Assembly: GCA_050633305.1 (NCBI GenBank)
Contig: JBOEGF010000018.1
Location: 768,001-832,000, forward strand
Direction of reading: 5' to 3'
Origin: Nannocystales bacterium
GTDB lineage: Bacteria; Myxococcota_A; Polyangia; Nannocystales; Nannocystaceae
Length of the DNA: 64,000 nt
Part shown: one piece after another, positions 19,400 through 28,713 of the stretch
Position numbering within the stretch: the stretch's first letter is position 1
Layout of the letters: each line of letters opens with the position of its first letter
Made by a program: the position numbers and the translations under genes
Notes under the pieces: generated by a model
The model's input: only the letters and a program-made list of their open reading frames with translations
Told to the model about the DNA's origin: nothing
Database searches by the model: none

Positions 19400-22018
19400 A
19401 TGTCCGTCCAACCACGCAACCTCGTCAGTCGACTCAACCCCTCCTGCAACAGCGCGCTCACGGCCATGGTCGACCGGGCGGCGTCCGGCGGCTACCACGA
19501 GATCGTGGTGGAGCATCTGCTGCTTGGTCTCATCGAGGTCGAAGACGGCGACATCGCGCACATCCTCCGCTTCTTCGGCAAGGAGCAGACGCGGGTCGCG
19601 GCCGAAGTCGAGCGCGCGGTCCAGATGATGGCGACCAACCACCAGGGCAAGCCTCGGTTCTCCGCGACGCTGTTCAAGTGGATGGAGAGCACGTGGGTCA
19701 TCGCGTCCATCGAGCGGGGGTCGGTGCAGATTCGATCTGGCGATCTGTTCCTCGAGTTTCTGTCCAACCCCGGCCGTTACACCGGTGAGGCGTTCTCGGA
19801 GTTGGACGGGCTGGACCTGGTCGAACTCAAGAACAACTTCGCGGAGATCCTCTCGGGCAGCAAAGAGGCGCTCGAGGTCCCCTCGGCGGCAGGGGCAGGC
19901 GTGGCCGGCCCGGGTCAAGCCTCCGCACCGGGACGAGAGGCGCTCGACAGGTTCTGTATCTCCTTCACCGAGAAGGCGAAGCGCGGCGAGATCGACCCGA
20001 TCTTCGGACGCGACCGCGAGATTCGTCAGATGATCGACATCCTCGCGCGGCGCAGAAAAAACAACCCGATTGCCGTCGGAGAGGCCGGCGTAGGCAAGAC
20101 CGCGTTGGTCGAAGGCTTGGCCCGGGCGATCGTTCAAGGCGATGTTCCTGCGGAGCTGGCGCAGACCGAGCTGCTGTCGCTGGACATGGGCCTGCTCAAG
20201 GCCGGCGCCGGAGTCAAAGGCGAGCTCGAGAACCGATTGAAGAAGGTCATCGCCGAGGTCAAAGGTTCGCCCACCCCGATCATCATGTTCATCGACGAGG
20301 CGCACACGCTCGTGGGTGGAGGCGGCGGTGACAACGAGATCCCGAACCTGCTCAAGCCTGCGCTGGCGCGAGGCGAGTTCCGTACCGTCGCCGCCACGAC
20401 GTACTCGGAGTTCAAGAAGTACTTCGAGAAGGACCCCGCACTCGAGCGTCGGTTCCAGCCGGTTCACGTCAATCAGCCCTCGGTCGACGATGCGATCTTG
20501 ATGCTCCGCGGCTTACGGGGTGTCTACGAAAACGCCCACAACGTCGTGATTCGGGAGGATGCCGTCGTCGCGGCCGCGAAGCTCTCCGATCGCTACATCA
20601 CGGGCCGCCAGCTGCCCGACAAGGCCGTCGACTTGCTCGACACCGCAGCCGCGAGGGTTCGCATCGAGCAGGATGCTCCGCCGGCAATGGTGGTGTCGTT
20701 GCGCTCCGAGCACGCCTCACTCGAGCGCCAGCTCGACGTCATTCAGCGAGACATCGCGGACGCGGCGACCGAGGACGACGGCCGTGTCGAGGAGCTGGAG
20801 AGTCGCATGGCTGCGATCGTTGCCGAGCTGAACGCACTCGAGGAGCAACTCGGCCAAGAGAAAGAGATCATCGCCGAGATCAAGGACGCCCAGGCGATCC
20901 TTCGGGACGAGGAAGGCGAAGCCGACGCCAAGGAGAAGGCCTCCACCGACATCGTGGATGCTCGGGCGCGGCTGCAAGCGCTGCAGGGCGAGAATCCGTT
21001 GGTGCACTACGAAGTCGACGTCGACGCGGTCGGGCAGGTTGTCTCGAGCTGGACCGGCATCCCGATCGGCAAGATGCGGTCGGACTCGATCGAGACGATG
21101 CTCAAGCTCGAGGACAAGCTTGGTTCGCGCATCAAGGGCCAAGACCAGGCGACGAGCGCCGTGGCGGAAGCCATTCGCATGTCCCACGCTGGGGTGCGAA
21201 ATCCGGACACGCCCATCGCCGTGCTCCTGTTCGTCGGCCCCTCGGGCGTCGGAAAGACCGAGATGGCCCTGACGCTCGCAGACGAACTCTATGGCGGTGA
21301 GCGGTCGATGACGACCATCAACATGTCCGAGTTCCAGGAAAAACACACGGTCTCGCGCCTCATCGGGTCGCCTCCGGGCTACGTCGGGTACGGGGAAGGT
21401 GGCGTGCTCACCGAAGCCGTGCGGCACAAACCGTACAGCGTCGTGTTGCTGGACGAGGTCGAGAAGGCCGACCTCGAGGTCATGAACCTCTTCTACCAAG
21501 TGTTCGACAAGGGGATGCTGAGCGACGGCGAGGGGCGGATGGTCAACTTCCGCAACACGGTCGTCATCCTCACCAGCAACCTCGCGACCGACAAGATCAT
21601 GGGCATGCACGAGGGCGGCACCAAGCCTCCCGTCGAGGATGTCGTCGCCGCGATCTGGCCCGAGCTCTCGGGTCACTTCAAGCCCGCGCTTCTGGCCCGC
21701 ATGTCCGTCGTCCCGTATCGCCCGATGGATCCGGAGATCCTGGCCGACATCGCAAAGCTCAAGCTTGGGAGTCTCGCCAAGCGACTCCACGGTACCCACG
21801 GCATCGACACGACCTTCGAGGACTCGCTGATCGAGCACCTCGTGGCGCGCTGCACCGAGGGCGACACGGGCGCGCGTGCCCTCGACCACGCGATGCGTGG
21901 CTCCCTCATGCCCAACCTTGCGCGCGCCCTACTCGAGAAGATGGCGGACGAAGAGATGCCGCCCACGCTGTCCATCGGCCTCGACGACGATGGCGGCTGG
22001 AAGTTCAGCTTCGCCTAA
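19400..22018 (+). CDS. tssH: T6SS AAA+ ATPase ClpV (TssH)
   Basis: Two Walker A motifs GEAGVGKT and GPSGVGKT, ARRRKNNPI, FQEKHTVSRLIGSPPGYVG; ATG at 19400; T6SS context. Confidence 0.95.
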   Translation: MSVQPRNLVSRLNPSCNSALTAMVDRAASGGYHEIVVEHLLLGLIEVEDGDIAHILRFFGKEQTRVAAEVERAVQMMATNHQGKPRFSATLFKWMESTWVIASIERGSVQIRSGDLFLEFLSNPGRYTGEAFSELDGLDLVELKNNFAEILSGSKEALEVPSAAGAGVAGPGQASAPGREALDRFCISFTEKAKRGEIDPIFGRDREIRQMIDILARRRKNNPIAVGEAGVGKTALVEGLARAIVQGDVPAELAQTELLSLDMGLLKAGAGVKGELENRLKKVIAEVKGSPTPIIMFIDEAHTLVGGGGGDNEIPNLLKPALARGEFRTVAATTYSEFKKYFEKDPALERRFQPVHVNQPSVDDAILMLRGLRGVYENAHNVVIREDAVVAAAKLSDRYITGRQLPDKAVDLLDTAAARVRIEQDAPPAMVVSLRSEHASLERQLDVIQRDIADAATEDDGRVEELESRMAAIVAELNALEEQLGQEKEIIAEIKDAQAILRDEEGEADAKEKASTDIVDARARLQALQGENPLVHYEVDVDAVGQVVSSWTGIPIGKMRSDSIETMLKLEDKLGSRIKGQDQATSAVAEAIRMSHAGVRNPDTPIAVLLFVGPSGVGKTEMALTLADELYGGERSMTTINMSEFQEKHTVSRLIGSPPGYVGYGEGGVLTEAVRHKPYSVVLLDEVEKADLEVMNLFYQVFDKGMLSDGEGRMVNFRNTVVILTSNLATDKIMGMHEGGTKPPVEDVVAAIWPELSGHFKPALLARMSVVPYRPMDPEILADIAKLKLGSLAKRLHGTHGIDTTFEDSLIEHLVARCTEGDTGARALDHAMRGSLMPNLARALLEKMADEEMPPTLSIGLDDDGGWKFSFA

Positions 22019-22072
22019 GCACGAATACTCGACCACACGGACCGTGCCCTGCATGCGGTTCGTGAGGCGCAG

Positions 22073-22101
22073 AACCTGGGCTCTCCTCGGAGGCCCAGGT
22101 T
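22073..22101. terminator. Stem-loop between convergent genes (putative terminator)
   Basis: AACCTGGGC (22073-22081) / GCCCAGGTT (22093-22101) inverted repeat with an inner CTCC/GGAG extension. Confidence 0.55.
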
Positions 22102-22125
22102 TCGTTGTTGCGGCAGCCGCCCAGG

Positions 22126-22929
22126 TCAGCTCGATGACCCGTCACCGTCGGCGGCCGCGCGAGCTCGAGGGCTCAACCGCGGGGCGGGCGTCCGGTCTTC
22201 GATCGTCTCGCTGGGCAGGCGTTGGAGCATCTGCGGAGACTGCTCAGCGCCCTCGACCGCATTCGCAAGGTAGTTGGGAAGGAGCAGCACCGGGCCGAGG
22301 GCCCCGAGTTGAGCCGGGGAAAACCCGCGGTCGAGAAACACGGCAGCGGTGGCGGCTGCGATGTTCATCGGTGCACCGCGTGGTTGGAGCCGTGCGTCGG
22401 CTGCGATGAGAGTTCGCCAGTGCTCGCCGTCCTCGTAGCCGCGGGAGCGCACACATTTTGCCAACGCAACCGCACGCTCGTCTTGCTCGCGGAACGCGAC
22501 GCCGAACCCCGGGATGTGGTGCAGCCGTTCGACTTCCGCGTCGAGGTGAGTGTCTCGCTCGGCGAGGGGGAGGGCGGCGAGCGATTGGAGAAAAGACGCT
22601 GCCGGGGCGTAGGTGCCCCAACCCATAAATCCGCCCGCGGTGCTGAGCATGCCCGCCGCCAAGGCTGGGACGCCGTTGCCGAAGGAGGATACGAGACGCG
22701 TGACCTTGAGTGGCCAGATGTGGGGGTCGGCTGCGAGGGAGCAGACCACGACATCTCCAAGAATCTCGCACTCTCGTTGGGATAGGCAGCGGTGCCCGAC
22801 GGCGAGAGAGAGCGCTGACCAGTGCTCGGTCTTGCCTGCGAGTTGGGATCCGACGGCAAACCCCCGGAACTGGTTTTCTCCTCGGTCTGCCCGGCCAACG
22901 GAGGTCGGGAGTTCATGGCCGTCAGTCAT
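22126..22929 (-). CDS. Citrate-synthase/citryl-CoA-lyase-fold protein with substituted catalytic residues
   Basis: FRGFAVGSQL, HIPGFGVAFREQDERA (family IPGFGH...DPRA), MNIAAATAAVFLDRGF (family NVDG); ATG at 22929 overlaps the upstream stop. Confidence 0.65.
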   Translation of the reverse strand: MTDGHELPTSVGRADRGENQFRGFAVGSQLAGKTEHWSALSLAVGHRCLSQRECEILGDVVVCSLAADPHIWPLKVTRLVSSFGNGVPALAAGMLSTAGGFMGWGTYAPAASFLQSLAALPLAERDTHLDAEVERLHHIPGFGVAFREQDERAVALAKCVRSRGYEDGEHWRTLIAADARLQPRGAPMNIAAATAAVFLDRGFSPAQLGALGPVLLLPNYLANAVEGAEQSPQMLQRLPSETIEDRTPAPRLSPRARAAADGDGSSS

Positions 22930-23578
22930 GCCCGTCGCTCCGTGGCGGTTGGTAGTCAAAGTTGGGGAGCTGCATCGGGTAGCCGCGAACATCATTCCGT
23001 GTCGCGGCCATCGCCTCTGCGGCGAGGGTCGGCAACCGGGCAACACTGCGCGCGACCATGCGCTGCATCGGTGACGAGAGTCCTGCGGCGCTCAACACCC
23101 GGTCCGCGTGGCAGCACACGGTTGAGGTGGGGACGCCGACGGTATCTTGCACCTCGCTTGGCAGAGATCGATGGAACTCCAGGGCGGCGGGGGTTGGTTC
23201 CGACGAGGCCGATGGAGCCGCGGCTTCGGCAGAGACCTGTTCGAGCAGAGCCAACATTCCGGTCTCGAGGACGCTGCGCTCGTCGGCTCCACACCGACGC
23301 GCCAGTGTTGCGACGTGCACGGCCGCTGTATCGACACCGCCGCCACCGAGGATGATGAGAGCCATGTTCACCGCTCGCCCCCAACTCGGCGAGGGGGGCG
23401 TACCCACGAGCGCGGTTACGAGAAACTCGCCAAAGTCGTAGTGACGGGCCAGGTCCTCCTGGAGCGCGTACCCATGCACGCGAGGACGGGGCCCCGGGCT
23501 TACGACGTGCGCATCGAGTTTCTCGGGCCATGGGGTTGCCTCCACGGGCCTGCGCGAGGTGGCCTTGGGCTCGGTCAT
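22922..23578 (-). CDS. Short degenerate citrate-synthase/citryl-CoA-lyase-like protein
   Basis: PRVHGYALQEDLARHYDFGEFLVTALVGTPPS resembles the citryl-CoA lyase N-terminus; ends ARLPTLAAEAM; ATGA coupling to the ThDP gene. Confidence 0.55.
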   Translation of the reverse strand: MTEPKATSRRPVEATPWPEKLDAHVVSPGPRPRVHGYALQEDLARHYDFGEFLVTALVGTPPSPSWGRAVNMALIILGGGGVDTAAVHVATLARRCGADERSVLETGMLALLEQVSAEAAAPSASSEPTPAALEFHRSLPSEVQDTVGVPTSTVCCHADRVLSAAGLSSPMQRMVARSVARLPTLAAEAMAATRNDVRGYPMQLPNFDYQPPRSDGHD

Positions 23579-25320
23579 CGGTTTCGGAATCCGGCGATTG
23601 CCTTGGCCCGGGGTCCGAGCGGAGGGACGATATCTCCGTCGACCCGCACCTCGATGAGCTTGGGTCCCTCGATGAGGAGCGATTCTCGAACAACATCATC
23701 CATCTGACCGGGACGCTCGACGACCCAAGTTGTCAGACCCATCGCCCTCGCAATCGAGGAGATATCGATCGGCTGTCGGTAGCGAACCGACTTCATCGGA
23801 GCGCCATCACCGACCAGTTTGCTGCCGTGCCAAGTGATGCCATGCATCTGGTTGTTCTCGACGATCCACAGGACGTTGATGCCGTACTCGGCAGCCGTGA
23901 GCAGGTCGAGGCCGTTCATTGTGAAGCACGCGTCACCGATGATTGCGACGACCTGGCGGTCGGGTCGGACAAGGGCCGCCCCAATCGGCGCACAAGTTCC
24001 GTGCCCCATCGAGCCAAACCCGAGGTTGAGATAGAACTCCCGCGCGCCGCCGATTCGGAGGTCGTGCACGTTGAACAGCATATGGCCACCGATGTCGCTG
24101 AAGATCAGTGCGTCGTCCGGGAGCGCGTGTCCGAGGTCAACTCTCCAGCGTTGTGGGGTCACGGGTTGCGCATCTGAGGTCCTCTCCTCGGGAGCGTCGT
24201 AGTAGCCGTGCCCTTTCTCCACGGGCGGGTGCTCGCCCCATGTGGACTGCGGCTCCCGGCCTTCGCGGACGAGGCGATGAATGTGATAGATGAGTTCGAT
24301 CGAGATCGTCTGCGCATCGCCGACGAGCGGGACGTCGACGGGGTAGTTGCGGGCGATACGGTCCACGCTGATATCCAGTTGGATCAGAGCGGTCTTGGGG
24401 CGGAAGTCGGGATGCCAGTTCAGCGTGGTCGTCTCACTCAACGACGCGCCCATTGTCAGGAGAACATCGACATCTCGGCCGAGAAGCACCTCGCGGGCCG
24501 CGCGGTGTCCTCCGATCCCCATGACGCCAAGGGAGAGCGGGTGGTCTTCGGGGAACACACCTTTTGCCCGAGGGCTCGTGGCGACTCGAGCCGGTAGTAG
24601 CTCTGCGAGCGCGAGAACATGTTGCTGGGCACGGGCGGTCGCGACCCCGGATCCGACGAGTAGGACCGGGTACTCAGCCTCGACCAGCGTCCGGGATGCT
24701 TCAGCCACCCGGTTGCGATCGAAAACCTCTGTGGTGGGGCGGTAGGATGACGGCTTGAACCATTGCTCGTCGGCGGGCTGTTCCCAGAAATCGACGGGGA
24801 CGTTTAGGTGAACGGGGCCCGGTCGCCCGGTGAGAGCAAGACGCAACGCGCGGCGCAGGTGGTGCGACATCCTTCCGGGCCCGCTGACCATCGTCGAGTA
24901 CTTGGTGACGGGCTTGAACATCGCGACGATGTCGATATCCTCGGGCGGCGTTTCTTGGGCCGCACCTTTCCCCAAGGAGTGCGACGGCGCCTGTCCGGTG
25001 ATGACGAGCAGTGGGACGCCGTCGGAGTAGGCCACAGCGACGCCGGTGAGGAGGTTGGTGGCGCCGGGGCCGGAGGTGCCCGCACAAACCGCCAAGCGTT
25101 GGCCCGCGCGCGCGTACCCATCCGCCATGAACGCGGCACCCGCTTCATGCTTCGCGACGACGAGTTCCAAGTCGTCGTCTCGCTCGATCGCCGCAAAAAG
25201 TGGGTGGAGCAGGCCGCCCGGGACGCCGAACACGACGCGCGCACCCTCAGCTCGGAGGTACCGGAGGAACACATCGATCATGCGCTCCCCGGGGGCGGGC
25301 GACGAAGGCTGCTCGTTCAC
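23575..25320 (-). CDS. Thiamine-diphosphate-dependent enzyme (acetolactate synthase/acyloin synthase family)
   Basis: FGVPGG, KHEAGAAFMADGYAR, TSGPGATN, GSMGHG, GDACF...NN; GTG at 25320 overlaps the kinase stop (GTGA). Confidence 0.9.
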   Translation of the reverse strand: MNEQPSSPAPGERMIDVFLRYLRAEGARVVFGVPGGLLHPLFAAIERDDDLELVVAKHEAGAAFMADGYARAGQRLAVCAGTSGPGATNLLTGVAVAYSDGVPLLVITGQAPSHSLGKGAAQETPPEDIDIVAMFKPVTKYSTMVSGPGRMSHHLRRALRLALTGRPGPVHLNVPVDFWEQPADEQWFKPSSYRPTTEVFDRNRVAEASRTLVEAEYPVLLVGSGVATARAQQHVLALAELLPARVATSPRAKGVFPEDHPLSLGVMGIGGHRAAREVLLGRDVDVLLTMGASLSETTTLNWHPDFRPKTALIQLDISVDRIARNYPVDVPLVGDAQTISIELIYHIHRLVREGREPQSTWGEHPPVEKGHGYYDAPEERTSDAQPVTPQRWRVDLGHALPDDALIFSDIGGHMLFNVHDLRIGGAREFYLNLGFGSMGHGTCAPIGAALVRPDRQVVAIIGDACFTMNGLDLLTAAEYGINVLWIVENNQMHGITWHGSKLVGDGAPMKSVRYRQPIDISSIARAMGLTTWVVERPGQMDDVVRESLLIEGPKLIEVRVDGDIVPPLGPRAKAIAGFRNR

Positions 25321-27050
25321 GCTCGGGGCCGAATCCTCACCACGCGCTCGAATCGGCTGCGAGGTGTGTCGTGCCCAGAGCGAGTCTCCGTCTTGTGCCC
25401 GGGCGGCGGGTTCACTGGAAGCGTCACCCAAATCGTCGTGCCCTCTCCTGGGCTGCTCATGATCTCAAGCCGGCCGCCCATCTGGTCCAGCATGCGAACC
25501 ACGATCGAAAGGCCATCACCGTGGCTGGTGCCGGCGATTGGGGCTCGATCGGGCTGGCCGCTGAAGAACACTTGCTCGAGGCGGTCTTCCCCGATCCCCC
25601 GCCCGGTGTCCGACACCTTGAGTTGGAGGTGGCCGGGGACCCCGGAGACTTCCGCGACGATCGACCCGTCCTTGGTGTACTTGCAGGCGTTGGTGAGAAT
25701 GTTGTCGACCACCCGCTCCAGCAGGGTCTCGTCAGCGTGCAGCGTGGGTGGTGACTCCCGAGTTTGGAACACCGTGATGCGAATCCCACGTCCCATCACC
25801 GTCGCGCGAAGCTGTCGGCGGATTCGGTTGGTCAGATCATCGACGTTGATGTCGGTCGCGACCGGTGGACGTTCCCCGTCCCCGCGGACGATGCAAGACA
25901 TCTCGGTGAGGAGCGCCTCGAGCCTGTTGACCGCCGTCCCGACCGCGCCGACCGTGTCGTCGTAGTCAGAGTCCCGTTGGCCATCGAACCGGTTCAGTTC
26001 CTGCGCCGATGCTTTGAGCACCGTGAGCGGGTTGTTCATGTCGTGCGAGAGGTTGAGGAGCTGGCTGTTCTGGGCCACCTCACCGCTGCCGTCCAGCTGA
26101 CCCACGACCTCCTCGAGTTTTTCGCGCCGCTCGTGAAATCGAGTTTCGATGCTGTGGCTCCACTGCCGCTCGCGGCTGTGAAGGGCGAGGAGCTCATCGA
26201 CGGCACGGGCGTGATCCTGGACAACCTTCTCCACCTCGTAGGAGGTCTCTTCGGCAAAGCCTAGGTAGTCATGCAACATGACCCGGAGTTGCGCGATCAG
26301 GCCGAGTCCCATCCCGAGGACTGCGAGCAACACCGGCATGTAGCTCGCCGTGGAAGGCGTTGTGGCCAACAGAGCGTGGCCCGTGACGAACCCGACGATC
26401 GTGCCGAGGATGGGGTAGCGGAGTCGAAGCGGTTCGCGCCAGGAGAGCGCGTACTCGCAGTAGTCGTCACCGTCACATAGCCGCTTGTTCACTCGAACCC
26501 GCGCGGAGCGGAGTCCCCACCAAAGAGAGGGGACCGAGGCGAGCTGTGCTTGGCGGGACAGGCAGTTCAGTCGAGAGTCGGGCCGCTTGCTGTGGTAGCG
26601 GAGGAGGATGGAGTTCCGCCGGCTCTCGATAACCTCGTAGTGACTGACCCGCGTCACCAGATGGCTTGTACGAGCCATCGCCTTGTAGCCGGTGTTGACG
26701 GTCATGGACCGGATGACCAACAGCAGCGGCCCGTACATCTTCTTGAGTTCGAAGACGCAGGCCTTCATGAAGGCCTTGTCGGAACCAACGAGCTCGCGTG
26801 CGCCCGAGAGGATCGCTTCGAACACCGGGAGTGAGACCCACGGCGCAGACCGTTTCAAGACCGTGGTCTCGGCGCCCGCATCCCGGACGATCCGGTGCAA
26901 CGTATCTTCGCCGTGGTGCTCTCGCAGGTACCGAAACAGCGGCCTGAGCACCCGCAGATTCAGTTCTTCCGGCTCCCCGCGGACAACAGGAGGTTCCTCC
27001 TCTGTCACGACGCGCAGCGGTAGCTTGATCGGGCGGGATGGATTCGACAC
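25317..27050 (-). CDS. Membrane sensor histidine kinase with an N-terminal H-NOX/V4R-like putative ligand-binding domain
   Basis: H-box LSHDMNNPL, N-box NILTNACKYT, G1 DTGRGI, G2 GDGLSIV; two TM helices; N-terminal domain ends LCDGDDYCEYALSW (V4R-like). Confidence 0.88.
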   Translation of the reverse strand: MSNPSRPIKLPLRVVTEEEPPVVRGEPEELNLRVLRPLFRYLREHHGEDTLHRIVRDAGAETTVLKRSAPWVSLPVFEAILSGARELVGSDKAFMKACVFELKKMYGPLLLVIRSMTVNTGYKAMARTSHLVTRVSHYEVIESRRNSILLRYHSKRPDSRLNCLSRQAQLASVPSLWWGLRSARVRVNKRLCDGDDYCEYALSWREPLRLRYPILGTIVGFVTGHALLATTPSTASYMPVLLAVLGMGLGLIAQLRVMLHDYLGFAEETSYEVEKVVQDHARAVDELLALHSRERQWSHSIETRFHERREKLEEVVGQLDGSGEVAQNSQLLNLSHDMNNPLTVLKASAQELNRFDGQRDSDYDDTVGAVGTAVNRLEALLTEMSCIVRGDGERPPVATDINVDDLTNRIRRQLRATVMGRGIRITVFQTRESPPTLHADETLLERVVDNILTNACKYTKDGSIVAEVSGVPGHLQLKVSDTGRGIGEDRLEQVFFSGQPDRAPIAGTSHGDGLSIVVRMLDQMGGRLEIMSSPGEGTTIWVTLPVNPPPGHKTETRSGHDTPRSRFERVVRIRPRA

Positions 27051-27259
27051 GACGAACGAGGACCGTTGCCTGCGGAAATCACGATAACAAAGGCGGGATG
27101 GTGCGGGTCACCAAACTGGTCGCTAAACGGGGTTTTGTGGCGTTCTTGGGCCACATCACCTTACACGTGCATGGAGTGGTCGCAGCCGGCCATGTTCAAC
27201 GTTCTGTTGGTAGGGGTGACAGGCCGTGCCCGTGTTAAGCTGCGGCTCGCGGATTCTGC

Positions 27260-28609
27260 ATGACGGCTGTCGCAATCCGAGTCTTCGACTCCGAGGCAGG
27301 GACGACGACCGAGTACGCCTACACGGCGTCCCCGGTTCGTATCGGCCGAAACCCTCTCAATGACCTGACGCTGCCGTTCCCGTTCGTTTCGGGATGGCAT
27401 GCGGTGGTGCGCTTCGATGGGTCCGGGGCGAAGTTCTTCGACCTCGGCTCGACCAACGGTACGCTGTACAACGGCAGGCGTGTTCAAGCGGGTGAAGCGA
27501 TCCCGGTTGCGGGCGCGGTTTCCCTGACGATTGGCAAGCTGGAGCTGCGAATCCAGCAGGGGGAGGTCGCAGGGGCTACACCGGCCCCGCCTGCACCGGC
27601 CCCACGGGTGGCGGCGCAGGCCGTGGTGCACAACCCCGCGGCGTATTCGCCGACGTCGGTGCACAACTCTCCGGCCATGCCGGCTCCGGTGAACACGACG
27701 TCCGTCCCCAACGTGCCCGCGAGCCCGGTTCCGGCCCCGGCACCGGCCCAACACCGGAGCCCGAGTCCTGGGGCCGGGGCAGGCACCGCCGCAGTCGACA
27801 TGGGGGATGTTCACCAGTCGGTGAACCGGCTGCGCCCGCACTACGATGCGTACCGGCAGTCCTGGAGGGCGATGCTTCAAGAGGTCAGTGGGACGCTGTC
27901 CTCCATGCCGCCCGAGACTCACGGCTATGCGCTGTCGATTCTTCAGCGCGAGTTTCCGGAAGTCGTTGGAGAGCCGGAGTTCAAGCGCATGGCCGAGCAA
28001 GCGGGCGCTCTACAGGGTTCTTCGGCCCAACGCTCTTCGGGCGGGAGCTCGGGTGCGGTTGCACGCCTTGCCAGCTCGATCCGACCCGGAGATGCTCCTC
28101 CGGCGAGCGCGGCCGAGGAGGAACGCTTCCTCTCGTGCGTCGAGGATGTGCTGCGAGCCAGTGCCAAAGCGCTCGTCGAACTCCAAAAAGGGCAGGAGCA
28201 GTTCGGCGCGGAGATGGGAGTTCGCACCATCAAGGAATACACAGCGCTGCATGCAGCGGGCTCGTCGGAGGCAGTCCTGGCATACCTGCTCGACTGGAAA
28301 GCCGGGGGGACCGCGCGGACCCAAGAACTGGTGGGGGTCTACGCGGACCTGATGATCCACCAAGTCGCGTTGATCAACGGTCTGATGGAAGGCGTTCGGG
28401 GGCTGCTCTCCCGCCTGTCGCCTCAGGAGATCGAGCGTGGCGTCAATGCTGGTTGGGCAACCCGGGGCGCTGCGGTGTGGAAGCGCTACGTCGAGAAGCA
28501 CCAGCAGCTGACCGGGGAAGACCAAACGCTGACTTCGGTGGTCTTCGGGCCCGAGTTCGCCCGAGCATACGCTGAGGTTGGCGGCGAGGGGACTTCGTCG
28601 GGCTCCTGA
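27260..28609 (+). CDS. tagH: T6SS-associated FHA protein TagH/Fha
   Basis: N-terminal FHA (IGR, SGWH, STNG); C-terminal DLMIHQVAL...LSPQEIE...WKRY...FGPEFARAY typical of TagH. Confidence 0.82.
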   Translation: MTAVAIRVFDSEAGTTTEYAYTASPVRIGRNPLNDLTLPFPFVSGWHAVVRFDGSGAKFFDLGSTNGTLYNGRRVQAGEAIPVAGAVSLTIGKLELRIQQGEVAGATPAPPAPAPRVAAQAVVHNPAAYSPTSVHNSPAMPAPVNTTSVPNVPASPVPAPAPAQHRSPSPGAGAGTAAVDMGDVHQSVNRLRPHYDAYRQSWRAMLQEVSGTLSSMPPETHGYALSILQREFPEVVGEPEFKRMAEQAGALQGSSAQRSSGGSSGAVARLASSIRPGDAPPASAAEEERFLSCVEDVLRASAKALVELQKGQEQFGAEMGVRTIKEYTALHAAGSSEAVLAYLLDWKAGGTARTQELVGVYADLMIHQVALINGLMEGVRGLLSRLSPQEIERGVNAGWATRGAAVWKRYVEKHQQLTGEDQTLTSVVFGPEFARAYAEVGGEGTSSGS

Positions 28610-28713
28610 TCAGACGCCCGTTCCAGACCTCTTCGCAGGGCGCCTCGGGTGTCGCGGCTGGCCTTGCTTGGGCTTTGCGGCTGAAGCATCGAAGGCTGCT
28701 ATGATGCGCCGCC

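Noticed and set aside
23575..25320. Housekeeping acetolactate synthase ilvB/ilvI
   Set aside because: No small regulatory subunit or ilvC nearby, and it is coupled to a sensor kinase and degenerate citrate-synthase-like genes; gene symbol withheld
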